This document shows, in pieces, positions 9,733 to 19,486 of a DNA stretch of 64,000 nt (positions are counted from its first letter, which is position 1; each line of letters opens with the position of its first letter). Source of the DNA: Candidatus Iainarchaeum sp. (GTDB lineage: Archaea; Iainarchaeota; Iainarchaeia; Iainarchaeales; UBA10219); contig JAGVWE010000002.1 of NCBI GenBank assembly GCA_018304425.1, forward strand, positions 438,437-502,436. Reading direction: 5' to 3'. The notes under the pieces were generated by a model. The model was not told where the DNA came from, searched no databases, and saw only the letters and a list, made by a program, of their open reading frames with translations. The translations under genes were made by a program, and so were the position numbers.

Positions 9733-10859
9733 GCGTGCAGCCCCCCAGCCAATTCTACCAGGGCTTCCTCAAAGGATGGAAGCCGGGCCTGCACCGACTT
9801 CATGACTTCCTTGGACGCACGCCCCATGCCTTCCCGCAGTTCCTTGGAAGCAGCCAGTTTTTGCATGGCTGCCAGCAGTTCCCGTGGGTCATCCGGTTTT
9901 ATGACAAAGCTATTCACGCCGTTCACCGCATAATCGTAGGCGGCCCCGACATCCTCCGTGGTGATGAGCGGCAAGCCCGCCGCACAAGCCTCGATGAGGG
10001 AAAACCCGTTGGGCTCGGATTTGCCAACGAATACGAATACATCAGCCGCTTCATAGTAGGCTTTCAGGTTCGAGTCCGTGTATTCGATGAAGTCCACGAA
10101 GTGGACCTCGGTCAGACCCCTTTTCAGGCAATGCGCCATGAGCTTTTTCCTGTCCCTTCCATACCCCACCAGCACCAGGCAGGTTTCCGACCGGTCTTTT
10201 CGGAGCTCGCTGAACGCCTCAATCACCATGGAAAGGTTCTTGCGTTCGGCCAGAACCCGGCCCGTGTACAAGAACATCGTTTTCTCTTCCACCTGCAATT
10301 GCTTTCGCACATCCGACGCGGTGCGGGTACCGGCCGCTTCATGTAATTGAATGCATTGCCTGGGATAAAACACCCTGATTTTTTCCGGCCTAACGCCCAG
10401 GCTGGCAAAGTACTCGGCTTGCTTGCGCCCGGTAACCAAGTAAGCGTCCGCCTGGTCCAGGAACAGGTTCGTGCATTGGGTTAACAGCCGGCTCTTCAAG
10501 CCCAGTCTCCGCTTCCGTTCCTTCCATTTCCACCGGTCGCTCAGAAAGGCGACCGGTATGCCCAGGAGCTTGCATAAAATGAACGTGCCCTTGAACTCCG
10601 GAAAATAGTCGATGCCGGTCATGACCAGGTCATATTTTCCTTGAATGATTTCCTTCCACATCTTCAGCAACCCGATTCGTTCAAAATCGACGCCATTCTT
10701 CCACAGTGCCTCCTCGGTCAGCGGCTCCATATACCCCACAAAATACTTGATGTGCGCCTTTCCCGGTTCCACGGGCAAGGGAAGCGTGTACCGGTTCAGG
10801 GAATGCTTTACTACCAAAATCCTCGGTTTAATGGCTTTTCCCGCGTCCTTCATACCCAT
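9729..10859 (-). CDS. Glycosyltransferase family 4 (first gene of the operon)
   Basis: YTGRVLAERKN, EPNGFSLIEACAAGLPLI. Confidence 0.9.
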   Translation of the reverse strand: MGMKDAGKAIKPRILVVKHSLNRYTLPLPVEPGKAHIKYFVGYMEPLTEEALWKNGVDFERIGLLKMWKEIIQGKYDLVMTGIDYFPEFKGTFILCKLLGIPVAFLSDRWKWKERKRRLGLKSRLLTQCTNLFLDQADAYLVTGRKQAEYFASLGVRPEKIRVFYPRQCIQLHEAAGTRTASDVRKQLQVEEKTMFLYTGRVLAERKNLSMVIEAFSELRKDRSETCLVLVGYGRDRKKLMAHCLKRGLTEVHFVDFIEYTDSNLKAYYEAADVFVFVGKSEPNGFSLIEACAAGLPLITTEDVGAAYDYAVNGVNSFVIKPDDPRELLAAMQKLAASKELREGMGRASKEVMKSVQARLPSFEEALVELAGGLHA

Positions 10860-10951
10860 GCTGGCCCCACAATTCTTTAATACCGGAAGGCCAAAAAAGG
10901 GGGGTTTCCGGCCCTTCTTTAAAAACTAAGCTGCTCGAATACCTATTACGG

Positions 10952-12922
10952 GTGGTTATGGCCTTGAAACCCTTTGTTTCGGTTTTAGTTCCTGCACTGA
11001 ACGAGGAAAGGTATTTGCGTCAATCCCTGGCTTCCCTCCTGGCCCAAACCCATCAACGCATGGAAATAATCGTGTTATACGACCAGGCTTCCACGGATAA
11101 AACCCTGGCCCTTGCCCAATCCTTTGAACCCAGGTTGCACGTGGTTTCCCTGCCGCACATGCCCATTTCAAGGGCTTTAAACGAGGGCCTTGCCCGTACC
11201 CAAGGAGACCTCGTTTTTTACGCGGAAGCCGATTGCCTCTACAACCCCCAAACCATTGAACTCGCCGTGAAACCCTTTGAGGACCCAGGCGTAGGCGGCG
11301 TAGCCATCCTGGGCCGCTACTATGGAGTCAAAGGCCTCTGGGGCAAGGCCCAGGACGAGTTCCAAGTCATCCGCGACGAATGGTTTCTCTCCGGGCAACG
11401 CCCCCTCAACTGGTGCTACTTCTACCGCCGCACCGTGCTCGAAGAGTTAAAGGGATTCAATGAAAACCTGTTGCAAGGCGAGGACCAGTTCCTTGCCCGT
11501 GAAATCAAGGCCCGCGGCTACAAAATAGTCTGCATCCGGGAACGGTTGAGGCAGCACGCCATCTCCGGTTCCATCAATGACCCCGTGAAGACCGCAACCT
11601 CGTCCATGCGAACCGCCTACCTTCACGCCATCCAGTCCTTCAGCCCCCAGAGCATCCGCAAGCGCTTGCTCTTCCTTGCCTTGCTCGCCGCGGGCGCGGT
11701 CTTTTCCTGGCATTACGCGAGCCCCTGGCCACTTGCCTTGCCCCCGCTCCTCGCCTACCTATACAATTTCCTGAAACTGCTGCCCGTCGCTTCCCGGTTC
11801 TCCGCTTCCACGCTTTTCCTGGCGCCCTTCATCTCCATGTACAAGGCATTCTTCTACGCCCTTGGTTACCTCCAGGGATTCCTGTCACGCCCCTTTGTCT
11901 CGGTTTCCCACGAGTCACGCGAGCACGCCGGCGTTCCAGCCACCGGTCTCAAGGTCCTGATGTTCGGCAAGTCCAAGCGCGGCGGCTTCTATTATTACAC
12001 GACGCTACTGGAAGAGGCATTGGCCAAGCAGGGCGTGCAGTGCACGAACAACTGGCGCGAGTTGTTCCAGGCCGACCTGGTCCACTACCAGTTCGATGAC
12101 TTGTTCCCCCTGCACCGCTTCAAGCTGCTGGGTTTCCTGTTCCTGGCCAGGCTCTTCGGCAAGCCCGTGGTGGTTACCGCCCACAACCCGGTTGCGCGTA
12201 GAACCAGGAACCCGTTGAAGTACCTGTTCTACCACCTCGCCAACCGCCTCATCGTCCACAACGAAACCACCTGGGCTTTTTCGTCCAAGGCCAGCGTCAT
12301 CCCCCACGGCAACTACTGCTTTTACCTGGCCCATGCCAGCGGCCTCTCCAAGGCCGAACTCAAACGGAAATGGAATTCCCCCTATCCTTACACGGTTCTA
12401 TCCTATGGCACCATCCGCCGCAACCGCAACTATCCCCTCACCCTGGAAATCCTTGCCTTGCTCCGCCAATCCGGCCTTGACGTGGGCCTGCTCATTGCCG
12501 GCAACGCCAGCGAGGTGAAGCCGACTGACTGCGGCCTGGCCCGCCTCCCGGATTACGTGCGCCTCTACTGCAAATACCTGTCCGAAGCCGAGACCCACGA
12601 GTTGTTCACGCTGGCGGATGCCGTGCTCTTGACCAACTCGGAGCACGACCACTCTGGAATCCCCCACATCGCGCATTGCTTCCGGAAGCCAGTCATCGCC
12701 CCCCAATGCCTGGGACACCAGACCCGGTTTGTCGCCTCCACCAAAGAACAATTCGTTTCCCTCCTCCGCGAAGTCCTGGCGAACCCACCAAATATGGAAA
12801 GGGAACGCAAGCGGGAGCTGACCGACTTCGACTGGCAAAGAATAGCGGCCTCCACAGCTGAACTCTATCGTTCCATGGTCAGGAAAAAAGAAGGCGCGCA
12901 ACCCGGTTCAGCAGGGAACTGA
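10952..12922 (+). CDS. Fused GT2 - transmembrane - GT4 glycosyltransferase
   Basis: N-terminal VSVLVPALNEE...GFNENLLQGED (GT2), central hydrophobic helices, then GT4-like YGTIRRNRN, SGIPHIAHCFRKPVI, FDWQRIA. Confidence 0.85.
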   Translation: MVMALKPFVSVLVPALNEERYLRQSLASLLAQTHQRMEIIVLYDQASTDKTLALAQSFEPRLHVVSLPHMPISRALNEGLARTQGDLVFYAEADCLYNPQTIELAVKPFEDPGVGGVAILGRYYGVKGLWGKAQDEFQVIRDEWFLSGQRPLNWCYFYRRTVLEELKGFNENLLQGEDQFLAREIKARGYKIVCIRERLRQHAISGSINDPVKTATSSMRTAYLHAIQSFSPQSIRKRLLFLALLAAGAVFSWHYASPWPLALPPLLAYLYNFLKLLPVASRFSASTLFLAPFISMYKAFFYALGYLQGFLSRPFVSVSHESREHAGVPATGLKVLMFGKSKRGGFYYYTTLLEEALAKQGVQCTNNWRELFQADLVHYQFDDLFPLHRFKLLGFLFLARLFGKPVVVTAHNPVARRTRNPLKYLFYHLANRLIVHNETTWAFSSKASVIPHGNYCFYLAHASGLSKAELKRKWNSPYPYTVLSYGTIRRNRNYPLTLEILALLRQSGLDVGLLIAGNASEVKPTDCGLARLPDYVRLYCKYLSEAETHELFTLADAVLLTNSEHDHSGIPHIAHCFRKPVIAPQCLGHQTRFVASTKEQFVSLLREVLANPPNMERERKRELTDFDWQRIAASTAELYRSMVRKKEGAQPGSAGN

Positions 12923-13286
12923 ACCCCTTGTACTGTGGGGTCTTTCCCAGGGCGGTTCGGTACGCGTTATACATCATCAGCCCATAACCTATCAACAGGT
13001 AGAGGCCCAGCCCATAGCCGAGGACCTGGCTGGCCACATCCCATTCCATCAGCCAAACCAAGTATCTCAGGGCCGAACCCACCGTGAAAATCCCGGGAAC
13101 CACTAACTGGGCAGCCACCCCGGTTTTCACGGTTTCCTCCAGCGAAGCCGTTTTGTTCACGAAGTAGGGCATGCAGAGGATGGCCGCAAACCCACCAACC
13201 ACCGGCACGTGCATGAGTGCGGCAAAGTACTTGGAGTGCACGATTCCCGAAAACAAGGTTTTCGCTTTTTCTTTTACACCCGCCAT
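12879..13286 (-). CDS. Small membrane protein (about 3 TM), unknown function
   Basis: Hydrophobic segments; divergent from the archaeosortase; 3' end overlaps the convergent GT fusion by 44 nt. Confidence 0.65.
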   Translation of the reverse strand: MAGVKEKAKTLFSGIVHSKYFAALMHVPVVGGFAAILCMPYFVNKTASLEETVKTGVAAQLVVPGIFTVGSALRYLVWLMEWDVASQVLGYGLGLYLLIGYGLMMYNAYRTALGKTPQYKGFSSLLNRVARLLFS

Positions 13287-13361
13287 TTTTCCACGCTACT
13301 GATTCTAGGTTCAACCCCTTATTAATTTTATTCCACCCCCCCAAAACCGTTTTTTAAAGGC

Positions 13362-14273
13362 TTGCCCGCCAATCCATCCATGGCTTCCCGGTTCCACTTC
13401 CTGCAGCGACTGGCCTTGTTTTTCGTCCTCTCCGCCGGCATCCTGTTCTTCAACTATTCCCTGGAATTGTCCGAGCCCCTCAAACCCCTGATGTCCCACG
13501 CCTTTTACGCCAGCGAATTCGCCCTGATTTTCTTTCTCCTGGCCCGGAAAAAACTCAAAGCATTTCCTCTGCTAAAAGAATCCACTCCCCCGTCCCCTTC
13601 CGGGTCCCTGGCCCTGGCCTTACTTGGCCTGCTCGCGTTCGGGGCCCGGCTCGCCCTGGAAACCGGGTTGCTCCGTCCATTGCTTTCCGGTGCCGGCTTC
13701 CTCTTTTTGTTGGCCTCCCTGGTAGGCTGGTACAACCTGGGAAAAACCCTGCAGGCCTTCAAAAAAGAACTCCTGCTTTCCACGCTCTTCCTGGGCTTTG
13801 TCGCCTTCCTATGGCAAGTCTTTTACACGCACTGGCTTTACCTGGGCACCTTCACCGCGACCCTGGTGGCGCGCCTCCTCGACCTCTCCTTTGGAAGCGC
13901 GGTGCTTGACCTAAGCAACCCAGAATTTCCCATCGTTGGCCGGCAGCCCTTCATCGCAATCATTTACCCCGAGTGCTCGGGCATCCAGTCCCTCCTCCTG
14001 TTCTCCGCACTCTTCTTCCTGGCCTGGGCCACCGACTTCTCCGCCATCGACCGGAGGAAAGCGCTGGCCGCCTATGCCCTGGGTATGCTCGGCATGTTCC
14101 TGGTAACAGTTGCCCGCATCTACCTCATCATCGCGGCCGGCATCCTGTTCTCAGTAGATTTTGCCGTCCAATTCGTGCACAGTGCCATCAGCCTGCTCCT
14201 ATTCATCCTCTACTTTGCCTTCTACTGGAGACTCGCCTTCCGCAGAATCCAAGTCAGGGGAAAGGCACCCTAA
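13362..14273 (+). CDS. Archaeosortase/exosortase family membrane transpeptidase
   Basis: Polytopic; IYPECSGIQS (catalytic Cys), VARIYL (Arg), FVHS (His), matching the Cys-Arg-His triad of the family. Confidence 0.88.
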   Translation: MPANPSMASRFHFLQRLALFFVLSAGILFFNYSLELSEPLKPLMSHAFYASEFALIFFLLARKKLKAFPLLKESTPPSPSGSLALALLGLLAFGARLALETGLLRPLLSGAGFLFLLASLVGWYNLGKTLQAFKKELLLSTLFLGFVAFLWQVFYTHWLYLGTFTATLVARLLDLSFGSAVLDLSNPEFPIVGRQPFIAIIYPECSGIQSLLLFSALFFLAWATDFSAIDRRKALAAYALGMLGMFLVTVARIYLIIAAGILFSVDFAVQFVHSAISLLLFILYFAFYWRLAFRRIQVRGKAP

Positions 14274-14806
14274 GCGCCAGGCCACAGGAACAAATTCAAT
14301 GTACGGGCCAGCACTTCGCCTTCCACGTTGATGACGTACAAGAAATAGATGAAGGCAATCGCCGTGTACACGACCTGCTTCTGGTATTTGTGCAGCAGGT
14401 GGCGGAGAAAGTCCAGCCCATAGATGAAGACGAACAAGCACACCAGGGCGAGGCCAGTCAGCACGCGGTTCAAGGGCGTGCCAGGCGGAAGCGAGAACCG
14501 GTAGCCCAGGCCAAGCAAGGCAACGACGAGGAAAGGCAGGCCGGTTCCCAATTCCAGGGTGTGCCTGGGCACCCTGCGCAACAGCTTCCACGAGAACAAG
14601 CAAAACAACGCGAACAAAATGCTTTGCTGCAGGATAGGGAAAAGCGCCGAAGAAACCGGGTGCTCCAGCCGGCCCACATACATCGAGTAAAGCAACGCAA
14701 ACTCAACCACCAAGAAAGCCGCGGTCTTTGCCACCAAACCCTGGAAGCCCGGGCTCCTCAGATTATGCGCGAGGTTCCCGAAAAACCAGTCCCCATACCT
14801 TGTCAT
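14270..14806 (-). CDS. Membrane protein resembling the N-terminal half of the adjacent archaeosortase, lacking the catalytic region
   Basis: About 5 TM; LFVFIYGLDFLRHLLHKYQKQVVYTAI parallels LLASLVGWYNLGKTLQAFKKELLLSTL; no CSG motif. Confidence 0.55.
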   Translation of the reverse strand: MTRYGDWFFGNLAHNLRSPGFQGLVAKTAAFLVVEFALLYSMYVGRLEHPVSSALFPILQQSILFALFCLFSWKLLRRVPRHTLELGTGLPFLVVALLGLGYRFSLPPGTPLNRVLTGLALVCLFVFIYGLDFLRHLLHKYQKQVVYTAIAFIYFLYVINVEGEVLARTLNLFLWPGA

Positions 14807-14833
14807 GGCATAGAATACGACTTAACTCCTTTA

Positions 14834-14947
14834 AAGCCTTTTTGGCTTCGCCAAAAAGCCTCATGGTCCACTTCGTGGACAATGCCTCGTCTCCCCTGTG
14901 GGGGAGACAAGGTGGGCAAACCAGCCTTCGGCTTAAGCCTTTTTGGC
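14834..14947. repeat. REP-like cassette: four hairpins between 13-bp direct repeats
   Basis: aagcctttttggc at 14834-14846 and 14935-14947; hairpins ctttttggc-ttc-gccaaaaag, gtccac-ttc-gtggac, gtctcccc-tgtg-ggggagac, agcc-ttc-ggct. Confidence 0.75.
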
Positions 14948-14950
14948 CCA

Positions 14951-15511
14951 TTACAGGCTTTCCGCTATCTCCGCCCTCGCCGCCGTCCTCGCCTTGTACT
15001 TTTCCAGCCAGGGTTGGCTCGCGGATTTCTTCACGCCCAAGGCGGCCAGCCTTTCCCCAAACGCTTCCAGGTCTTCCCCTTGCTTCAACGACGCGTTCAG
15101 GGCCTCTGCTATTTCTTCTTCGGTGGCCTTCTTGGAGAGGAAGCCCAGGCCACGCAACCCCCTCTCAGCACCCTTGAAAATCAGGGCCAAGCCCAGCAAG
15201 GGCAAGGCGATTTTGAGGCCCAGCGACAACCCGCTTTCCACGCTGGACACCATTCGCAAGGGGTCCTGTTCGTCGGTTATCCTGGAAAAGCCGCGCGACA
15301 GCAGGAAAATGAGGGAGTAAAACGCCGCCACCCTCAGATATCGGTTAAGCACCGGAATGACCAGTAACACCACCCATGCGCCGAAGTAGAGCACCATTCC
15401 CCGGCTTTGGCCGCTCCCGAAATACTTGGCGAACACCAGGTCCGCCCAAGCCGTCTGCCCGATTAACAGTGCCAGCAGCAACACGAGGCCCATCAACGAC
15501 CACCGCTTCAT
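14951..15511 (-). CDS. Membrane protein, unknown function
   Basis: About 4 hydrophobic helices plus a charged C-terminal tail; ATGA-coupled to the upstream TPR gene. Confidence 0.7.
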   Translation of the reverse strand: MKRWSLMGLVLLLALLIGQTAWADLVFAKYFGSGQSRGMVLYFGAWVVLLVIPVLNRYLRVAAFYSLIFLLSRGFSRITDEQDPLRMVSSVESGLSLGLKIALPLLGLALIFKGAERGLRGLGFLSKKATEEEIAEALNASLKQGEDLEAFGERLAALGVKKSASQPWLEKYKARTAARAEIAESL

Positions 15512-17706
15512 GTTTCCCGCTCCTGTTTAAGTTGGCCCAGTAAATCCCTCGCCTTTTCGACGTTGGATGGACTCGTTTCCACGTTTTCCAGCACACGGTG
15601 CAATACTTCCCTTGCCTCGGCATGCCTGCCCAGGGCCACGTAATCCTGGGCCAGCAACAACAACAAGGGGGGCTTGGACTTTTCTTCGGTGACTCTTTCC
15701 AGTTGTTGTTCCATCAATTCAGCGGCTTCTCCCATGCGATTCTTGCCCACATACATTCCATGCACTTGCCTGGCGAGTTCCACGCGCTCAGCTTCCTTGG
15801 GCGTGTTCGCCATGGCCAGCACCAGGTACCGCTCGTTTTCCTCATACCGGTACAACTGCCCGTACAATCCAGCCAGGGTCTTCAGCACTTCCACGTAGTT
15901 CGGGGAATCCGGATAAGAGGCGACGTATTCCTCGAACACTTCGACGGCTTCCTCGATTCGTTGCTGGTCAATCAGGAGCTTTCCAAGATTATAGCTGTCG
16001 ACATCGTCAAAACTGGCCAGCGCAGCAACCTCCGTGTTGCTCCGCATGGCAGCATAGATTTTGACTGCGTCGAAGGCCATCAACTTTCCCTTATAGGCGA
16101 AACCGCATTCCCCGCAGGCAAAGGCGAGCAGGAAGGACTTTGAGGAATACTCGGTGAGGGGCGCGGCCAGCATCAAGCCCAGTACCAGCACGGGCAGCAG
16201 GAACACCCGGATGCTTACCTTGGCCCGGATGGTGTTGTTGAAGATGAACACGAACAAGCCGCCCAGGATGAGGATGAGCATCCGGATGTTGTGGGCCTGG
16301 CTGAAAAAGGACACGATTTTGGCGGACATGGTGAGGGGGAGGCTCGACGTCCCGTGGTAGGTTACGGGAAGGCCTGCCATAAAGCCCGTCGTGAGGTTCA
16401 GGAACTGGATGACTGCGGCGAACAAAAAACCCGTTACCGCGAACAACAGCCATTCCCACGCTTTACTCACTTCAAAGGCCTTGGTGATGAGGAAACCCAT
16501 GGAAAAAAAGCTGACGGCTAGGAACAGCAGGTAAATGAGCCGCCGGTTGACCCCCCAAAAAGCCTTCCAAGGGTAATTAAGCCGGTACCGGGCCTGGGCC
16601 TGGTGCAGCAACTCCTCCGCATCCGGCACCACCCTGAGCTTTTTCCCGAAAAAAGAAAGTGATTCCGTGACACAGGGTTTTCCCGCTTTCACGATTGACT
16701 CCGTCATGTAGACCCGCTCAGCCGACTGGGTCAAGAGGTAGAGGTTCCGGTCCGTCCGGTAATCATAGTTCACGCACCATAGGTCGTCGTCAAGTATAAG
16801 GGCGTCCACGGAACCGGTGAGGCCGGTGATGAACTTGAGATAGTGCTGCACCGATGAACCGCCATAGGTGAAAACCCCGTTCTTCGTTTTATAGACTATT
16901 GAACCGGGGTTTGGCGCGATGAAAGCCAGTTGCACCATCAACGCCAGGGACAGCAACACGATTAACAGCAGGTGCTTGGAGCGGAAATTGAATCTGGGGA
17001 TCCGGTCATAAAACCGGAGTATCGTGGCCACCAGCAACAGCACAAGCAGGCTCAAGCCGATGTGAATCAGCAGCTTCACGGTTTCGTTCACGTAAATGAT
17101 TCCCACATACGTGTAGGACACGAACAAATACGTGTGGTCAGCCAGCCGGAAGGTCCTCGGGGCCTTGTAGACATCCAGTATCTTCCGCGTTTTCGGCACG
17201 TACACCGTGATGGTTGAGAAGGGGATGAAGTTGCTGTTCATGCGTTCGATGACCGCCGGGGGGCTGGCCATGACGTTTCCCAGGAACGAAATGATCCCAA
17301 GCCGCGTGGAGATTACCAGGTTGTTTACGTCCTGCACGACGTCGTCCCCGAATGGCTCGAAGCCCTCCCATTTATGCGCCCGGGTCATCTGGAAGCGGCC
17401 CTTGATGTTTTTTAGGGTGACCCTCACCTCGGCAACGGGGTTCAAGGGACTCAACCCAAAGAGATGGCCATCCTCCGGCAAGAACATTTCCGCCTTATAC
17501 CAAAACGAGACGTTTTGGTCGTGGTATTCGCGGAACCCGTTTTCATCCATGTAGTGGAGGCGTACGCCCGAGTAATCCACGTTCTGGTCGTATAACTCGG
17601 GGTTTATTTTGAAGGCAGCCGCGTTCACCGCGAGGAAAACCAGGGCGGCCAACTGGAGGAACGACAGCAGAACCAGTCTTCGTTTATTCAATCCATCCCC
17701 CGGCAA
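15508..17706 (-). CDS. Large polytopic membrane protein with extracytoplasmic domains and C-terminal TPR repeats
   Basis: Signal-like N-terminus (AVNAAA-F), several TM clusters, TPR-like YNLGKLL...EEAVEVFEEYVASYPDS and LAQDYVALGRHAEAREVL. Confidence 0.78.
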   Translation of the reverse strand: MPGDGLNKRRLVLLSFLQLAALVFLAVNAAAFKINPELYDQNVDYSGVRLHYMDENGFREYHDQNVSFWYKAEMFLPEDGHLFGLSPLNPVAEVRVTLKNIKGRFQMTRAHKWEGFEPFGDDVVQDVNNLVISTRLGIISFLGNVMASPPAVIERMNSNFIPFSTITVYVPKTRKILDVYKAPRTFRLADHTYLFVSYTYVGIIYVNETVKLLIHIGLSLLVLLLVATILRFYDRIPRFNFRSKHLLLIVLLSLALMVQLAFIAPNPGSIVYKTKNGVFTYGGSSVQHYLKFITGLTGSVDALILDDDLWCVNYDYRTDRNLYLLTQSAERVYMTESIVKAGKPCVTESLSFFGKKLRVVPDAEELLHQAQARYRLNYPWKAFWGVNRRLIYLLFLAVSFFSMGFLITKAFEVSKAWEWLLFAVTGFLFAAVIQFLNLTTGFMAGLPVTYHGTSSLPLTMSAKIVSFFSQAHNIRMLILILGGLFVFIFNNTIRAKVSIRVFLLPVLVLGLMLAAPLTEYSSKSFLLAFACGECGFAYKGKLMAFDAVKIYAAMRSNTEVAALASFDDVDSYNLGKLLIDQQRIEEAVEVFEEYVASYPDSPNYVEVLKTLAGLYGQLYRYEENERYLVLAMANTPKEAERVELARQVHGMYVGKNRMGEAAELMEQQLERVTEEKSKPPLLLLLAQDYVALGRHAEAREVLHRVLENVETSPSNVEKARDLLGQLKQERET

Positions 17707-17737
17707 CTAACTCTGTAGCCGAACCCCTATTTATTGT

Positions 17738-18640
17738 TTATTGCCTCCCTGCCTGGTCCCAGCGCTTTCCTTCATTGGCTTTTACTGCATTCAGGGGCTT
17801 TGCTTCGAGCCAGGCCCTGTTTTTCCGGTAGTTCTGGTCCCGGCCCTCCAGGGCATGCAGGGAATCATGGTTTTGGTGGAGGATGGAAGTCAAGGGGAAC
17901 AGGTTCAGGCACCGGAACCCGGCGTTCACGGCCCGCATGCGGATGTCCGTGTCCTGGGCGCCCCAGCCCTCGAAGGCCTCGTCAAAGCCGTTGAGCACTT
18001 CCATCAACGCTCGTTTGTCGAGGGCCTGGACGTCCCCCGCCCTTGGATTGGGGTTCACGCCCGGCAGCCTGCACGCGCCTTCGAAGCCGTTCACGAGGTC
18101 CGTTCCTTCCACGCGTTCCTCCGGGAAATCGAGCCGCCGGATTTCGACGAACAGCTTTTGCTGTCCACGCAAGGCCAAGAGCACGGCTTCCAAAGCGTTC
18201 GCCTGGAACACGTCGTCAAAATTCGTGAACAAAATCTTTTCTCCCCTGGCCAGGCCCGCCCCGACATTCTTGGCCTTTGGTAGGTTGAACGCGCCCGGCG
18301 CTTCAACGAATGAATAGCGGATGCCCTTGTCAACGCCCCGCACCAGGGCCGCAATCTTCTCCGGTTCCGCGCTTCCATAGTCCATGACAAGGACCTCATA
18401 ACAATTCCTTGGCAGGGTTTGCCGCATCAACGACCTCAAGCAGTTCCGTTCCCTTATCCCACACCGGTTCCTCACCACGGTGACCACGGACAATTGGATT
18501 TCCTTGCAATCCGTTCCATGGAGGCCCCTCCATAGCCCGAGTCCCACCCGCCAGAAATCCAGGGGGCTCCCAACCTCCCGTGCAGCCTTCTGCCGGAGCC
18601 GCCAAACCAGTTGCCGCCAATGGTTCAGCATTTTCCCCAC
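17738..18640 (-). CDS. Glycosyltransferase family 2 with galactosyltransferase-like C-terminus
   Basis: LSVVTVVRNR, MDYGS, KAKNVG, NGFDEAFEGWGAQDTD, LHQNH. Confidence 0.88.
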   Translation of the reverse strand: MGKMLNHWRQLVWRLRQKAAREVGSPLDFWRVGLGLWRGLHGTDCKEIQLSVVTVVRNRCGIRERNCLRSLMRQTLPRNCYEVLVMDYGSAEPEKIAALVRGVDKGIRYSFVEAPGAFNLPKAKNVGAGLARGEKILFTNFDDVFQANALEAVLLALRGQQKLFVEIRRLDFPEERVEGTDLVNGFEGACRLPGVNPNPRAGDVQALDKRALMEVLNGFDEAFEGWGAQDTDIRMRAVNAGFRCLNLFPLTSILHQNHDSLHALEGRDQNYRKNRAWLEAKPLNAVKANEGKRWDQAGRQ

Positions 18641-19479
18641 GTCCTTCCCTGGTTCCGCAGGGGGGAAGCGGTTTTCTTTTCTTCGAACACGCGCCGGTTT
18701 CCCTCCCTGTCCTGGCTGGTCGTTTCATGGCCTTGGTGGGCAATCAACGTAAAGCAATTGACCATGGATAGGCTCCAACCCGCCTGCTCCACGCACCTCC
18801 GTTCCAGGTCATGGTCCAAGTAACCCCAGCCCCGGAAGTCCTCGTCATAGCCTCCGAGCGCCAGCATGAACTCCTTTCGGAAGGCCTGGCAATCGCCTCT
18901 AGCCCAGGAACTCATCCAGGCCTTTTCCTTCCGCACCAGGCCCACGAATTCTTCGGGCAGCCGTTCCCCCAGCCTTTCCACGTCCTCCAGTTCCAGGTTA
19001 AAGCGGTTGCATTCCACCAACACCCTTCGGGCGGGTTTTCCCGCAAGGTACACCACGTCCAAAAAGTTTTTCCCAAAGAGGACATCTGCATTGGTGCAGC
19101 ACACGATTTCGGCTTTTGCCTGCCGGATGCCAATGTTCTTGGCCCTCGCCTCATGGAAGGCGCCTTTCTCCGGGCAATGCAAGTACTTTATGTCGGGGTC
19201 CAGGCCTTGCAGCCATTCCTGCAACCGGTCTTCGCCCCCAAAGTCGACCACGAGGATCTCATACCTTTCCCGTGGCATGGACTGGTTCAACAGGGTTTTG
19301 AGCGTGTTCTGCAACCGGAAGCCCTTCCGGTTCCTGACTCCCATCACCACGCTCACCGCCAAGGGTTTGTGCCCATAGTCCAGTCCAAACCATTTGGCGG
19401 CCAGGCATTCCAAGCCCACCCCCAGCAACTCCGCCGGATGCCCGTACCAGCGCCGGAGCCGGTGCAAGAAGGCCCACAT
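18625..19479 (-). CDS. Glycosyltransferase family 2, tandem paralog of 17738-18640
   Basis: VSVVMGVRNR, RAKNIG, TNADV, GGYDEDFRGWGYLDHD, HQGH; start placed at ATG 19479. Confidence 0.88.
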   Translation of the reverse strand: MWAFLHRLRRWYGHPAELLGVGLECLAAKWFGLDYGHKPLAVSVVMGVRNRKGFRLQNTLKTLLNQSMPRERYEILVVDFGGEDRLQEWLQGLDPDIKYLHCPEKGAFHEARAKNIGIRQAKAEIVCCTNADVLFGKNFLDVVYLAGKPARRVLVECNRFNLELEDVERLGERLPEEFVGLVRKEKAWMSSWARGDCQAFRKEFMLALGGYDEDFRGWGYLDHDLERRCVEQAGWSLSMVNCFTLIAHQGHETTSQDREGNRRVFEEKKTASPLRNQGRTWGKC

Positions 19480-19486
19480 GCTTTCA

